From Thiohalomonadaceae bacterium (GTDB lineage Bacteria; Pseudomonadota; Gammaproteobacteria; Thiohalomonadales; Thiohalomonadaceae), in NCBI GenBank assembly GCA_050295975.1, contig JBNKQR010000001.1, forward strand, positions 17,335-81,334: 64,000 nt of DNA, in the 5' to 3' direction. The position numbers were made by a program, and so were the translations under genes. The notes under the pieces were generated by a model. The model was not told where the DNA came from, ran no database searches, and worked only from the letters and a program-made list of their open reading frames with translations. Of this stretch, positions 32,167 to 44,339 are shown in pieces. Each line of letters begins with the position of its first letter. Position 1 is the first letter of the stretch.

Positions 32167-32895
32167 TTACCCCAGGTCTCCCCAGCGGGATTGCAGTCCC
32201 GCCAGTGCAGTGAGTGCCGCGGTTTCGGTGCGTAATACTCTCGGACCGAGACGGATCCCCTGATAACCGCTGTCGATGGCGTATTGTCGCTCCTGCTCAG
32301 AAAGCCCACCCTCCGGTCCAATCAACAAGGTGAGTTCACCACTTATCTGTAGGGAGCCGAGTGAGTTTTCTGCACGGTGGTCCAGTAGCAAACCCTGCCC
32401 CGCAGGTTTATTCGCTAACCACTGATTCAGGGTCTGCTGCGGAAGTAGTTCAGGTAGCGTATTGCGCCCACACTGCTCACAGGCGCTGATAATTACACCT
32501 TGCCAGTGAGTCAGTTTCTTCTCCAGCCGCTCCCCTTTCAGATTCACCACCGAGCGTTCTGTAGAGAGTGGGACGATACGACTAACCCCGAGCTCTACCG
32601 CCTTCTGGATGGTGTAATCCATCCGATCTCCTTTGGATATTCCCTGTGCCAAGGTGATCCTCAGTGGGGATTCCAGATCAATCATGCGTCGGTCGCACAG
32701 TGAGACAATCACCTGGCGTTTATTCAGTTCATGAATGGTGGCGGAATATTCTCCACCGTTTCCGTCGAACAGAGTCAGTTCTGCGCCGGGACCGAGGCGC
32801 AATACTCGGGCGACATGGCGGGCAGCGTTGTCATCCAGTGCTATCTGGCTATGCGCGACAAGCGGCTCTGGATGGTAGATCCGCGGGATACGCAT
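32167..32895 (-). CDS. rsmE: 16S rRNA (uracil1498-N3)-methyltransferase
   Basis: MRIPRIY N-terminus and LLIGPEGGLS SPOUT-knot motif. Confidence 0.9.
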   Translation of the reverse strand: MRIPRIYHPEPLVAHSQIALDDNAARHVARVLRLGPGAELTLFDGNGGEYSATIHELNKRQVIVSLCDRRMIDLESPLRITLAQGISKGDRMDYTIQKAVELGVSRIVPLSTERSVVNLKGERLEKKLTHWQGVIISACEQCGRNTLPELLPQQTLNQWLANKPAGQGLLLDHRAENSLGSLQISGELTLLIGPEGGLSEQERQYAIDSGYQGIRLGPRVLRTETAALTALAGLQSRWGDLG

Positions 32896-32901
32896 GGAAA
32901 G

Positions 32902-33756
32902 TTACTCGCCTTTGAGGCCGAGATTGGTCCAGACGATACGGGTGGGCTCCACCTGATTCATTGTGTAAAAGTGAAGCCCCGGCGCTCCTGCTTCCAGAAG
33001 TCGACGTGCAAGTTCGGTAGTCACTTCCAAACCGAAAGCGCGCAACGAACGCATGTCTTCCCCATAGGCTTCTAGTCGCAAACGTAACCAGCGCGGAATG
33101 TCGGCGCCACACATGGAGGAGAAACGAGCCAACTGTTTGATGTTGGTGATCGGCATAATTCCCGGCACGATGGGAATATCTACATTACGTTTCTCACACT
33201 CCTCGACGAAGCGAAGATAGCTATCGAGGTTGTAGAAGTACTGGGTGATAGCACTGCTGGCACCGGCGCTAACCTTGTTGGCAAAGTTGTCCAGATCTGC
33301 AGAAGCACTCTCTGCCTGGGGATGAAATTCAGGATAGGCGGCCACTTCGATGTGAAAATGATCACCAGTTTCTTTGCGGATAAACGCTACCAGTTCGTTA
33401 GCATAGAGAAATGCACCGGCTTCTCGCATTCCGGAAGGCATATCACCACGCAGAGCGACAATACGTTTAACGCCCATGTCGATGTATTGCTGTAACAGAG
33501 AGCGGATGGTTTCCTCGGTACTGCCGATGCAGGAGAGGTGAGGTGCGGCATCGAGACCGGCTGCAAGCATCTCACCGATGGTCTCTACGGTACCCGCCTG
33601 GGTTGAACCGCCAGCACCAAAGGTGACCGAAACGTATTTTGGATTCAGTTTTGCCAGTTCATCGCGACAGGCGCGCAGCTTCTCAATACCTTCCTCAGAT
33701 TTTGGTGGAAAGAATTCTAAGCTGAACTGTTGTGGAAATTGTTTCTGCGATTCCAT
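32902..33756 (-). CDS. metF: methylenetetrahydrofolate reductase
   Basis: SLEFFPPK, HLSCIG and ALRGD motifs. Collinear with E. coli MetF as I recall it. Confidence 0.93.
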   Translation of the reverse strand: MESQKQFPQQFSLEFFPPKSEEGIEKLRACRDELAKLNPKYVSVTFGAGGSTQAGTVETIGEMLAAGLDAAPHLSCIGSTEETIRSLLQQYIDMGVKRIVALRGDMPSGMREAGAFLYANELVAFIRKETGDHFHIEVAAYPEFHPQAESASADLDNFANKVSAGASSAITQYFYNLDSYLRFVEECEKRNVDIPIVPGIMPITNIKQLARFSSMCGADIPRWLRLRLEAYGEDMRSLRAFGLEVTTELARRLLEAGAPGLHFYTMNQVEPTRIVWTNLGLKGE

Positions 33757-33766
33757 AGTTAAACCA

Positions 33767-33839
33767 GGTAAAAGGTTAAAGGTAAAAGGTACAGGAAGTT
33801 ATTCCGACCTTTCACCTTTTTTCCTTTTACCCTTCACCT
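33767..33839. repeat. inverted blocks of GGT(A/G)AAA heptads (about 4 + 4 units) in the ahcY-metF spacer
   Basis: Left block at 33767-33794 is GGTAAAA GGTTAAA GGTAAAA GGTACAG. Right block at 33809-33838 is the complement set CTTTCACC TTTTTTCC TTTTACC CTTCACC. Confidence 0.6.
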
Positions 33840-33843
33840 CCCG

Positions 33844-35253
33844 TTAGTAGCGGTAGTGGTCCGGCTTGTAAGGACCTCCCACCGGCACATCAATGTACTC
33901 TGACTGTTCCGGTGTCAACGCGGTTAGGTTAGCGCCGATCTTCTGCAGATGGAGTAGTGCTACCTTCTCATCTAGAAGCTTGGGCAGAACGTAGACCTTG
34001 TTTTGATACTCATCACCCTTGGTAAAGAACTCCATCTGTGCCAGTACCTGATTGGTGAAAGAGGCAGACATAACGAAGCTGGGGTGACCCGTAGCACAAC
34101 CCAGGTTTACCAGGCGACCCTCGGCAAGGATGATGATGCGCTTGCCGTCGGGGAAGATCACATGATCGACCTGAGGTTTGATGTTCTCCCAGGTGTACTT
34201 GCGCAGAGAGGCAATGTTGATCTCTGAGTCGAAGTGACCGATGTTGCAGACAATCGCCTGGTCCTTCATCGCTACCATATGGTCATGATCGATAACATCG
34301 ACATTTCCAGTAGTGGTAACAAAGATGTCGCCGAGTTTGCATGCGTCATCCATGGTGACCACACGATAGCCTTCCATTGCGGCCTGCAGGGCACAGATAG
34401 GATCGATCTCGGTGACCAGTACTGTCGCACCCATGCCACGGAAGGCCTGGGCGCAGCCCTTACCTACGTCACCGTAGCCAAGGACCACGGCGATCTTGCC
34501 GGCGATCATCACATCGGTAGCACGCTTGATACCATCAAGCAGTGATTCGCGACAGCCATAGAGGTTGTCGAATTTGGATTTGGTTACGGAGTCGTTAACA
34601 TTCATCGCCGGGAACAGGAGCGAGCCATCTTTCTCCATGTGATAGAGACGGTGAACACCGGTGGTGGTCTCTTCGGTTACACCACGGATGTTCTTGGCCA
34701 TCTCGGTCCACATACCCGGATTTTTCTCCAGGTTGCGTTTGAGTACGTCGAGGATGGCAACCCACTCTTCGTTATCGCCTTCTTTGGCGGCAGGTACCGC
34801 ACCAGCTTTTTCGAACTCGACACCCTTATGCAGTAGCAGCGTGGCATCACCGCCGTCGTCGAGGATCATGTTTGGACCCTTTCCGTCTGGCCAGGTGAAG
34901 GCCTGTTCGGTGCACCACCAGTACTCTTCAATGGTCTCGCCCTTCCAGGCATAGACAGGGATACCCGAAGCAGCGATGGCCGCAGCGGCGTGGTCCTGGG
35001 TGGAGAAAATATTGCACGAGACCCAGCGAACTTCGGCACCCAGTTCGACCAAAGTGTCGATGAGTACAGCGGTCTGAATGGTCATGTGCAGGGAACCCAT
35101 GATACGGGCCCCCTTGAGTGGTTTGCTGGCACCGAACTCCTCACGCAAGGCCATCAGGCCAGGCATTTCGGTTTCGGCAATAGCAATCTCCTTACGGCCC
35201 CAATCGGCCAGGGAGATATCGGCGACTTTAAAGTCTTTGAACGTAGCGTCCAT
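33844..35253 (-). CDS. ahcY: adenosylhomocysteinase
   Basis: 469 aa. NAD motif [10 protein letters not shown]. Highly conserved AhcY sequence throughout. Confidence 0.96.
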   Translation of the reverse strand: MDATFKDFKVADISLADWGRKEIAIAETEMPGLMALREEFGASKPLKGARIMGSLHMTIQTAVLIDTLVELGAEVRWVSCNIFSTQDHAAAAIAASGIPVYAWKGETIEEYWWCTEQAFTWPDGKGPNMILDDGGDATLLLHKGVEFEKAGAVPAAKEGDNEEWVAILDVLKRNLEKNPGMWTEMAKNIRGVTEETTTGVHRLYHMEKDGSLLFPAMNVNDSVTKSKFDNLYGCRESLLDGIKRATDVMIAGKIAVVLGYGDVGKGCAQAFRGMGATVLVTEIDPICALQAAMEGYRVVTMDDACKLGDIFVTTTGNVDVIDHDHMVAMKDQAIVCNIGHFDSEINIASLRKYTWENIKPQVDHVIFPDGKRIIILAEGRLVNLGCATGHPSFVMSASFTNQVLAQMEFFTKGDEYQNKVYVLPKLLDEKVALLHLQKIGANLTALTPEQSEYIDVPVGGPYKPDHYRY

Positions 35254-35271
35254 TTCTCTCTCCTAGTTTTT

Positions 35272-35345
35272 TGGGAGCGTCGTTGTTCGATGCACCTTTC
35301 CCGAGCCTGGCAGGAGAACCCTGTCGCAACGCTCCTCGGGGAGGT
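35272..35345 (-). promoter_or_regulatory. SAH riboswitch (S-adenosylhomocysteine-sensing leader of ahcY)
   Basis: The minus-strand RNA reads CCGAGGAGCGUUGCGACAGGGUUCUCCUGCCAGGCUCGGGAAAGGUGCAUCGAACAACGACGCUC. This matches the remembered SAH-element core (CCGAGGAGCG..GC.AC...CAGGCUCGG...AACG.CGCUC). It lies about 20 nt upstream of the ahcY SD/ATG. Confidence 0.8.
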
Positions 35346-35395
35346 GGCCGCTCGGCAATGCGGGCGGCAGATTGATTGAATATTTTAGCAGGATA

Positions 35396-35525
35396 CTGAA
35401 ATTCGCTCAGGCAGATACGAGAGAAGGCAAAATCGGGCGAAAAAGCGCAGTTTACAAAAATAGGTAAATGAGCATTTTGAGCCCGATTATTAACACCCTA
35501 TCGTGTTGTCTGAGTAGAATTTCAG
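35396..35525. repeat. 130-nt nested palindromic intergenic element downstream of metK
   Basis: Outer arms CTGAAATTC (35396-35404) and GAATTTCAG (35517-35525). Inner arms AATCGGGC (35431-35438) and GCCCGATT (35481-35488). The sequence between them is imperfectly complementary. Confidence 0.6.
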
Positions 35526-35531
35526 TTCTTG

Positions 35532-36692
35532 CTACAGTTTTGCTTCTTTGCGCAGCATTTCCGCTTTATCGGTTCGTTCCCACGGTAGGTCCAGATCATC
35601 ACGGCCGAAGTGGCCGTAGCTGGCAGTAGCGCGGTAACGCGGTTTGAGCAGATCCAGCATTGTAGTAATGCCGTAGGGACGCAGATCGAAGTGTTCACGT
35701 ACCAGTTCGATGATGCGCTCTTCAGCGATATTGGCGCTGCCGAAGGTGTTAACGCTTATTGAAGTGGGCTTAGCGACCCCAATGGCGTAGGAGACCTGGA
35801 TCTCGCAACGCTCGGCCAGACCTGCGGCGACGATATTTTTCGCTACATAACGACCGGCATAGGCCGCAGAGCGATCCACCTTGGACGGATCCTTACCGGA
35901 GAAGGCACCGCCGCCATGGCGCGCCATACCGCCGTAGGTGTCGACAATGATCTTGCGTCCGGTCAAACCGGCGTCACCAACCGGACCACCGATGATGAAC
36001 TGGCCAGTGGGGTTAATGTGGAACTGGGTGTTAGCGTCGATCCACTCCTCCGGTAGCACCGGCTTGATGATCAGATCCATCACCGCATCACGCAGTTTCT
36101 CCTGGCTGATCTCTGGCGAATGTTGGGTGGAGAGCACTACTGCATCGATACCGACCGGCTTGTGGCCATTATAACGGAAGGTAACCTGGCTCTTAGCGTC
36201 GGGGCGCAACCAGGGTAATTCTCCACTCTTGCGGACTTCAGCTTGGCGGCGTACTAGACGGTGGGCATAGGTGATCGGCGCGGGCATCAGTACATCGGTC
36301 TCGTTGCTAGCGTAGCCAAACATCAAACCCTGGTCACCGGCCCCCTGGTTCTCCTTCTCTTCCCGGTCAACACCCATGGCGATGTCCGGTGACTGTTTAC
36401 CGAGGCCATTAAGCACCGCACAGGTGGAGCCGTCGAAGCCCACCTCTGAGCTGTTGTAGCCGATATCGTTTACAACCTCACGGACAATGGCTTCGTAGTC
36501 GATCTCAGCATGGGTGGTGATCTCACCGGCCAGCATAACCATACCGGTCTTGGTCAGGGTTTCACATGCGACGCGGGCCTCGCTGTCCTTTTCCAGGATA
36601 GCGTCGAGAATGGCATCAGAAATCTGGTCAGCCATTTTGTCTGGATGGCCTTCGGATACAGACTCTGAAGTGAAAAGATGCTTATGTGACAT
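35532..36692 (-). CDS. metK: S-adenosylmethionine synthetase
   Basis: Trimmed to ATG 36692 ([23 protein letters not shown]). GAGDQG and GGGAFSGKD motifs. Confidence 0.96.
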   Translation of the reverse strand: MSHKHLFTSESVSEGHPDKMADQISDAILDAILEKDSEARVACETLTKTGMVMLAGEITTHAEIDYEAIVREVVNDIGYNSSEVGFDGSTCAVLNGLGKQSPDIAMGVDREEKENQGAGDQGLMFGYASNETDVLMPAPITYAHRLVRRQAEVRKSGELPWLRPDAKSQVTFRYNGHKPVGIDAVVLSTQHSPEISQEKLRDAVMDLIIKPVLPEEWIDANTQFHINPTGQFIIGGPVGDAGLTGRKIIVDTYGGMARHGGGAFSGKDPSKVDRSAAYAGRYVAKNIVAAGLAERCEIQVSYAIGVAKPTSISVNTFGSANIAEERIIELVREHFDLRPYGITTMLDLLKPRYRATASYGHFGRDDLDLPWERTDKAEMLRKEAKL

Positions 36693-36803
36693 GAAATTTC
36701 CCCAATACGGCGACCACCACGGCGCCAAGGTGTTTGTATGAACCGCGCATTGTAGCGGCTTGCGGAGGAAATTTCCCGAAAAAAATCCCACCAGAAACAG
36801 TAA

Positions 36804-36831
36804 CGCCGGAACTCCTGAAGAAGTTCCGGCG
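36804..36831 (-). terminator. hairpin downstream of the PhnD-like gene
   Basis: 10-bp stem CGCCGGAACT/AGTTCCGGCG with an 8-nt loop. On the minus strand the U-tract is weak and not immediately adjacent. Confidence 0.45.
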
Positions 36832-36857
36832 TCTGGCGGTTAAAGTGGGAGAGGAGT

Positions 36858-37664
36858 TCAGTAGCCCCAGGTGTTTGCCAACAGTTTTTCCTGGCCTGCA
36901 TAGAGGCGGTTATCTGCGGCTTCAAAGGCAGGAAGATTGACGGCCTTGAGCATTGCTTTACCTCGTTCGGTGCGAGAAGCCTCCACCATCGCCTGGCGGA
37001 TCTTCGCCTGAACCTCGGGTGTCATGCTCGGTGAGACAGAGATGGCCGGTGCTGGTACCGGTTGGGTCGTCATCACTGGGACGAGGCTGGGATAGAGGCT
37101 CAACATCCGGGTCGGAATCATCGCCGCCGCTGCCTTGCCAGAGAGGACTTTTTGGGCGGCGTCATCGGCATCTTCGGCCTGGATCAGCAAGGGCTGACGC
37201 ATCGGGTTGGGGAAGATCTCCTGCAGGCGTACTGCACCAAGGCCCGGTGAAGGCAGGGTAGCGATGCGCTTACCGATGAGTTCCTCTACCTCCAGTATCA
37301 TCAGATCAGGATTGGCAGCAAGGGTATAGCTGACAGTGTCGGGTATCTTGGCCAGCACCGTGTAGCCAGTTTTGTCGTTGCGGTAGTCGGTGAAATGCGC
37401 CGCGTCGAGGACCATATCCCACTTGTTGCGCTTCATCAGCTCCCAGTAGACCAGGAAGTTGGGGCTGGTGACCAGGCGTACCTGTTCGCCTGTGATCTGG
37501 TGTAGATAGTCGGCTAGAGGCTGGTAGGCCTTGCGGGTTTGCGATTCGGGCATGATCGGCTGAATCGCCAGAACCATACCTGAGGCTGCTGCTGCTGCGG
37601 GTGTCAGCAACATACTAACCAGTAGCAGGCGAGCTAGTCGCCCGAGTGTGTTCGTGCGGTGCAT
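36858..37664 (-). CDS. PhnD-family (phosphonate/phosphite-type) periplasmic substrate-binding protein, orphan
   Basis: Trimmed to ATG 37664. Signal peptide and PhnD-like pattern (LAIQPI...YQPLADYL...). No ABC permease or ATPase gene is adjacent. Confidence 0.75.
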   Translation of the reverse strand: MHRTNTLGRLARLLLVSMLLTPAAAAASGMVLAIQPIMPESQTRKAYQPLADYLHQITGEQVRLVTSPNFLVYWELMKRNKWDMVLDAAHFTDYRNDKTGYTVLAKIPDTVSYTLAANPDLMILEVEELIGKRIATLPSPGLGAVRLQEIFPNPMRQPLLIQAEDADDAAQKVLSGKAAAAMIPTRMLSLYPSLVPVMTTQPVPAPAISVSPSMTPEVQAKIRQAMVEASRTERGKAMLKAVNLPAFEAADNRLYAGQEKLLANTWGY

Positions 37665-38280
37665 AGTCAGTGTCCTTCTGTTGCCTGGGGGCATTTGGCC
37701 ATTCCGAGTATCTTCCCGGTTAGACCAGAGCGTGCTGTGGTCTCAGCCTGTTTTGTCGATTATTGTAAATGTTACCTCATAAGTATTAGTTCACACTCCA
37801 CACTATTTTTGTGACCTAGTTGGGATATCTCATATATGGGCAATTCGGCGCTTCTTGAGGATGAGAGCTGCTATTTATGTCGGTTTGAGCGATATTTTTC
37901 CCGATAACGGATTAGGCGGGACTAAGCGATTGATTTTATGTCGGTATTTAACTTTTGATGGGGCTTAGCTATTGCTACCGTGACTGATATGGGTGAAAAT
38001 CCGCGGTTCCACGCCGTTCCGGGACCCTTTGTCGCGGCGGTATGAGGGTAAATAAGGCGGCCACGAAGAGGGTCTGCCAGTGCGTAAGAAGCAGCCGTAG
38101 GGTAACGGCGCGCAAGAATTCATAACGGGGGCGTACAACGTTCTCAGGGTAGCAAGGGTTTCGTGTTGGTGTAGTGCTCGGAAGTATTGATGGGGTGAAG
38201 TGATTGAGATTCACCGTTGCACTGCACTCTCGCAGAAAGAATAAACAAACACTATTTAAACATTTCGAAGGAGAATCTTG

Positions 38281-41333
<3,053 letters not shown>

Positions 41334-41344
41334 AATAAGCGGCT

Positions 41345-41445
41345 CTTTTGCTCCCTGGCGGTGTTGCGCGAACGATTTTGAATACTCACGTACTTATGTA
41401 CGCTCCGTGTTCAAAACGTTCGCGCGCCTTGCCAGGAAACAAAAT
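41345..41445. repeat. about 100-nt imperfect palindromic element between gap and pgk
   Basis: Inner arms GCGCGAACGATTTTGAA (41366-41382) and TTCAAAACGTTCGCGC (41410-41425). Outer partial arms CTTTTGCTCCCTGGC / GCCAGGAAACAAAAT. Confidence 0.55.
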
Positions 41446-41480
41446 TTCTCGCTTATTTGGTAGTAGTTTAAAAAATGGAA

Positions 41481-41501
41481 GGCCGGGAGTTTCTCCCGGC
41501 C
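41481..41501. other. perfect 9-bp GC-rich hairpin upstream of pgk
   Basis: GGCCGGGAG-TTT-CTCCCGGCC. The A-run lies on the left, so the U-tract would only follow the stem on the minus strand. Confidence 0.5.
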
Positions 41502-41582
41502 TAATCCTGAAACATTAGTAATAGAGAATTTCGCCAAGCCATCAGTTTGGCAAAATTCTTTGAAAATATGACGGAGTGAAAT

Positions 41583-42764
41583 ATGTCTTTCATCAAACTG
41601 ACCGATCTCGATCTCTCAGGTAAAAAGGTGCTGATCCGCGCCGACCTTAACGTTCCTGTAAAGGACGGCAAGGTCACTTCCGATGCGCGCATTTCCGCGT
41701 CCATGCCGACCATTGAGCACTGCGTAAAAGCAGGTGCCAGTGTGATGGTGATGTCCCACCGTGGTCGCCCGGAAGAGGGCAAGGTGGACGATGAGAACTC
41801 AATGGCTCCAATTGCCGCCGATATGTCGACCAAGCTGGGTAAAGAGGTTCGTCTAATTAAGGATTACCTCAACGGTGGTTTTGAGGTTGCAGCAGGTGAA
41901 GTGGTACTGCTGGAAAATGTACGCTTCAACGCCGGTGAAAAGAAAGACAACGAAGAGCTAGCGAAAAAATATGCTGCCCTGTGCGATGTGTTTGTTATGG
42001 ATGCCTTCGGTACCGCGCACCGCGCACAGGCATCCACCCATGGCGCGGGCAAGTTTGCCCCCACTGCCTGTGCTGGTCTGCTGCTGGCAGGCGAACTGGA
42101 TGCATTGAACAAGGCACTGGCCAACCCGGTCCGTCCGATGGTCGCCATCGTCGGTGGTTCCAAGGTCTCCACCAAACTGACCGTGCTCGAAGCGCTGTCT
42201 GAGAAGGTCGACCAACTGGTAGTCGGTGGTGGTATCGCCAACACCTTCCTCAAGGCCACCGGCAAGAATGTTGGTAAGTCTCTGTGTGAAGATGACCTAG
42301 TGCCTACTGCTCAGGCACTGATGAAAACCATGAACGAGCGTAACGCTTCTATTCCGGTTGCCGTTGATGTTGTTTGCGGCAAAGAGTTCAGTGAAACCGC
42401 TGAAGCTACATTGAAAGATGCGGGTGACGTTGCCGATGACGATATGATTTTCGATATCGGTCCCAAGTCTGCTGCAGAACTGGTAGAGATCATTAAAAAC
42501 GCAGGTACCGTGGTCTGGAACGGTCCGGTGGGTGTATTCGAGTTTGATCAGTTCGGTGAAGGTACCAAGGCAATATCTATGGCCATCGCCGAAACCAATG
42601 CCTTCACCCTGGCCGGTGGCGGCGACACCATTGCAGCGATCCAGAAGTACGACATTTATGATCGCGTCTCCTACATTTCCACTGCCGGTGGTGCCTTCCT
42701 CGAGTTCCTCGAAGGCAAGACCCTGCCAGCTGTGGCCATGCTCGAAGAACGCGCAAAACAATAA
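41583..42764 (+). CDS. pgk: phosphoglycerate kinase
   Basis: [11 protein letters not shown]-terminus and the STGGGA-type motif (here [15 protein letters not shown]). 393 aa. Confidence 0.96.
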   Translation: MSFIKLTDLDLSGKKVLIRADLNVPVKDGKVTSDARISASMPTIEHCVKAGASVMVMSHRGRPEEGKVDDENSMAPIAADMSTKLGKEVRLIKDYLNGGFEVAAGEVVLLENVRFNAGEKKDNEELAKKYAALCDVFVMDAFGTAHRAQASTHGAGKFAPTACAGLLLAGELDALNKALANPVRPMVAIVGGSKVSTKLTVLEALSEKVDQLVVGGGIANTFLKATGKNVGKSLCEDDLVPTAQALMKTMNERNASIPVAVDVVCGKEFSETAEATLKDAGDVADDDMIFDIGPKSAAELVEIIKNAGTVVWNGPVGVFEFDQFGEGTKAISMAIAETNAFTLAGGGDTIAAIQKYDIYDRVSYISTAGGAFLEFLEGKTLPAVAMLEERAKQ

Positions 42765-42775
42765 ACGCTTCGGTC

Positions 42776-42802
42776 GGTGGACGGGAGAGGGTCCCGTCCA
42801 CC
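42776..42802 (+). other. intercistronic 11-bp hairpin between pgk and pyk
   Basis: GGTGGACGGGA-GAGGG-TCCCGTCCACC, with no U-tract. Confidence 0.45.
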
Positions 42803-42833
42803 AATTCGGCCGCACAAATAAAAAAGAGCAAAC

Positions 42834-44267
42834 ATGCAAAGACGAACAAAGATTTTGGCCACACTTGGTCCTGCGACAGATGACCCGAAGATGCTCGATA
42901 AGATCATCGAGGCGGGTGTCGACGTAGTACGTATCAACTTTTCACACGGAACTGCTGAAGAGCACATCGAGCGTGCAGAGCGAGTAAGAAATCGTTCCCG
43001 CGCCCACGGCCGCCAGGTTGGTGTGTTGTGCGATCTGCAGGGACCGAAGATCCGCATCCAGAAATTCAAGAACGGCAAGATCGAGCTGGCCGAAGGGGAT
43101 AGCTTTATTCTCGACGGTGAGTGCCCCTCCGATGGCGGTGATCAAAAGCGGGTAGGTATCGCCTACAAAGAACTTCCTAACGACGTAAAGCGTGGCGACA
43201 CGCTGCTACTCGACGATGGTCGCCTGGTGCTTTGGGTAGATCAGGTAGATGGTCCACGCATCCTGACTCGCGTTGTTGTTGGTGGCACGCTCTCCGATCG
43301 CAAAGGTATCAATCTGCAGGGTGGCGGTTTGTCCGCCCCGGCGCTGACTGACAAGGACCGCGAGGACATTGTCACTGCAGCGAAGATGGAGGCGGATTAT
43401 CTTGCTGTCTCTTTCCCACGTACCGCAGCAGATGTTAATGAAACACGAGAGCTGTTCCGTGCCGCTGGTGGTACCGGCGGTATCGTTGCCAAGATCGAAC
43501 GTGCCGAGGCGCTGGATGTGGTTGATGAAATCATCCTTGCTTCCGACGTGATCATGATCGCCCGTGGCGACCTCGGGGTTGAGATCGGCGATGCCGCACT
43601 GCCACCAGTACAGAAGCAACTGATTCGCCGTGCCCGTGAACTTAACCGGGTTGTGATCACCGCGACGCAGATGATGGAGTCGATGATCGAAAATCAGATC
43701 CCGACCCGCGCTGAGGTGTTCGACGTTGCCAACGCGGTACTTGATGGTACCGATGCAGTGATGCTTTCTGCTGAGACCGCAGCAGGTAAATACCCGGACA
43801 AGGCAATCGATGCGATGCACCGCGTCTGTCTCGAGGCAGAGAAGCAGCGCATCGCGATGGAATCGGATCACCGTATTCACACCGAGTTCACCTTCATCGA
43901 CGAAGCTATCGCTATGGCGTCGATGTACATTGCCAACCACCTCAACGTGAAGGCGATCGCCTCGCTGACGGAGTCGGGCTCTACCAGCCTGTGGATGTCG
44001 CGTATCAGTTCCGGCATCCCCATCTATGCGATGACACGACATGTAGAGACCCGCCGCAAGGTGACCATCTATCGCGGCGTCTACCCGGTCAGCTTTGATG
44101 TTACCGCTACCGATCACGCTGAGCTGAATCGTGAAGCAATCGACGAGCTGCGCCGTCGCGGAGCAGTACGTGATGGCGACCTGGTGATCATTACCAAGGG
44201 TGACCTGATGGGCATCCACGGCGGCACCAACGCAATGAAGATTGTCCGCGTCGGCGAACTGGTTTGA
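42834..44267 (+). CDS. pyk: pyruvate kinase
   Basis: RRTKILATLGPA N-terminus and MIARGDLGVEI motif. Confidence 0.94.
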   Translation: MQRRTKILATLGPATDDPKMLDKIIEAGVDVVRINFSHGTAEEHIERAERVRNRSRAHGRQVGVLCDLQGPKIRIQKFKNGKIELAEGDSFILDGECPSDGGDQKRVGIAYKELPNDVKRGDTLLLDDGRLVLWVDQVDGPRILTRVVVGGTLSDRKGINLQGGGLSAPALTDKDREDIVTAAKMEADYLAVSFPRTAADVNETRELFRAAGGTGGIVAKIERAEALDVVDEIILASDVIMIARGDLGVEIGDAALPPVQKQLIRRARELNRVVITATQMMESMIENQIPTRAEVFDVANAVLDGTDAVMLSAETAAGKYPDKAIDAMHRVCLEAEKQRIAMESDHRIHTEFTFIDEAIAMASMYIANHLNVKAIASLTESGSTSLWMSRISSGIPIYAMTRHVETRRKVTIYRGVYPVSFDVTATDHAELNREAIDELRRRGAVRDGDLVIITKGDLMGIHGGTNAMKIVRVGELV

Positions 44268-44339
44268 CCGTAGCGGCATTGCCGCTATGTTTTGAAAACA
44301 GATTATTAACTACTAAATCGATAACCCAAGGAGTTCGAA

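Noticed and set aside
33578-33847. 89-aa plus-strand ORF spanning the metF start and the heptad repeats
   Set aside because: It is antisense to metF and runs through the repeat hairpin. It is an artefact of the repeat sequence.
37992-38002. GGTGAAAATCC, reminiscent of the cobalamin riboswitch core
   Set aside because: The flanking conserved elements are absent or out of order: the GGGAA upstream, GCCCCCGC..ACTG, GCCACTG and the B12 box. Neither flanking gene is a plausible B12-regulated target.
37975-38214. 79-aa minus-strand ORF in the tkt upstream region
   Set aside because: It has no SD, a Pro/Thr/Arg-rich composition of no recognisable family, and lies in a structured non-coding stretch. 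The region is treated as non-coding in the findings.
41391-41400. TACTTATGTA in the loop of the gap-pgk palindrome, identical to 48760-48769 in the cbbQ operator candidate
   Set aside because: Thousands of identical 10-mer pairs are expected by chance in a 64-kb window. It is not counted as evidence for the cbb motif.
43206-44279. 357-aa minus-strand ORF. Similar long antisense ORFs occur at 38299-38967, 39031-39858, 29158-29916, 48794-49684, 50155-51123, 23424-23975 and 24023-24535.
   Set aside because: Each is fully embedded antisense within a strongly recognisable gene (pyk, tkt, chpA, cbbQ, cbbO, pilJ). They have no recognisable domains and low-complexity Arg/Ser/Gly/His-rich sequences.
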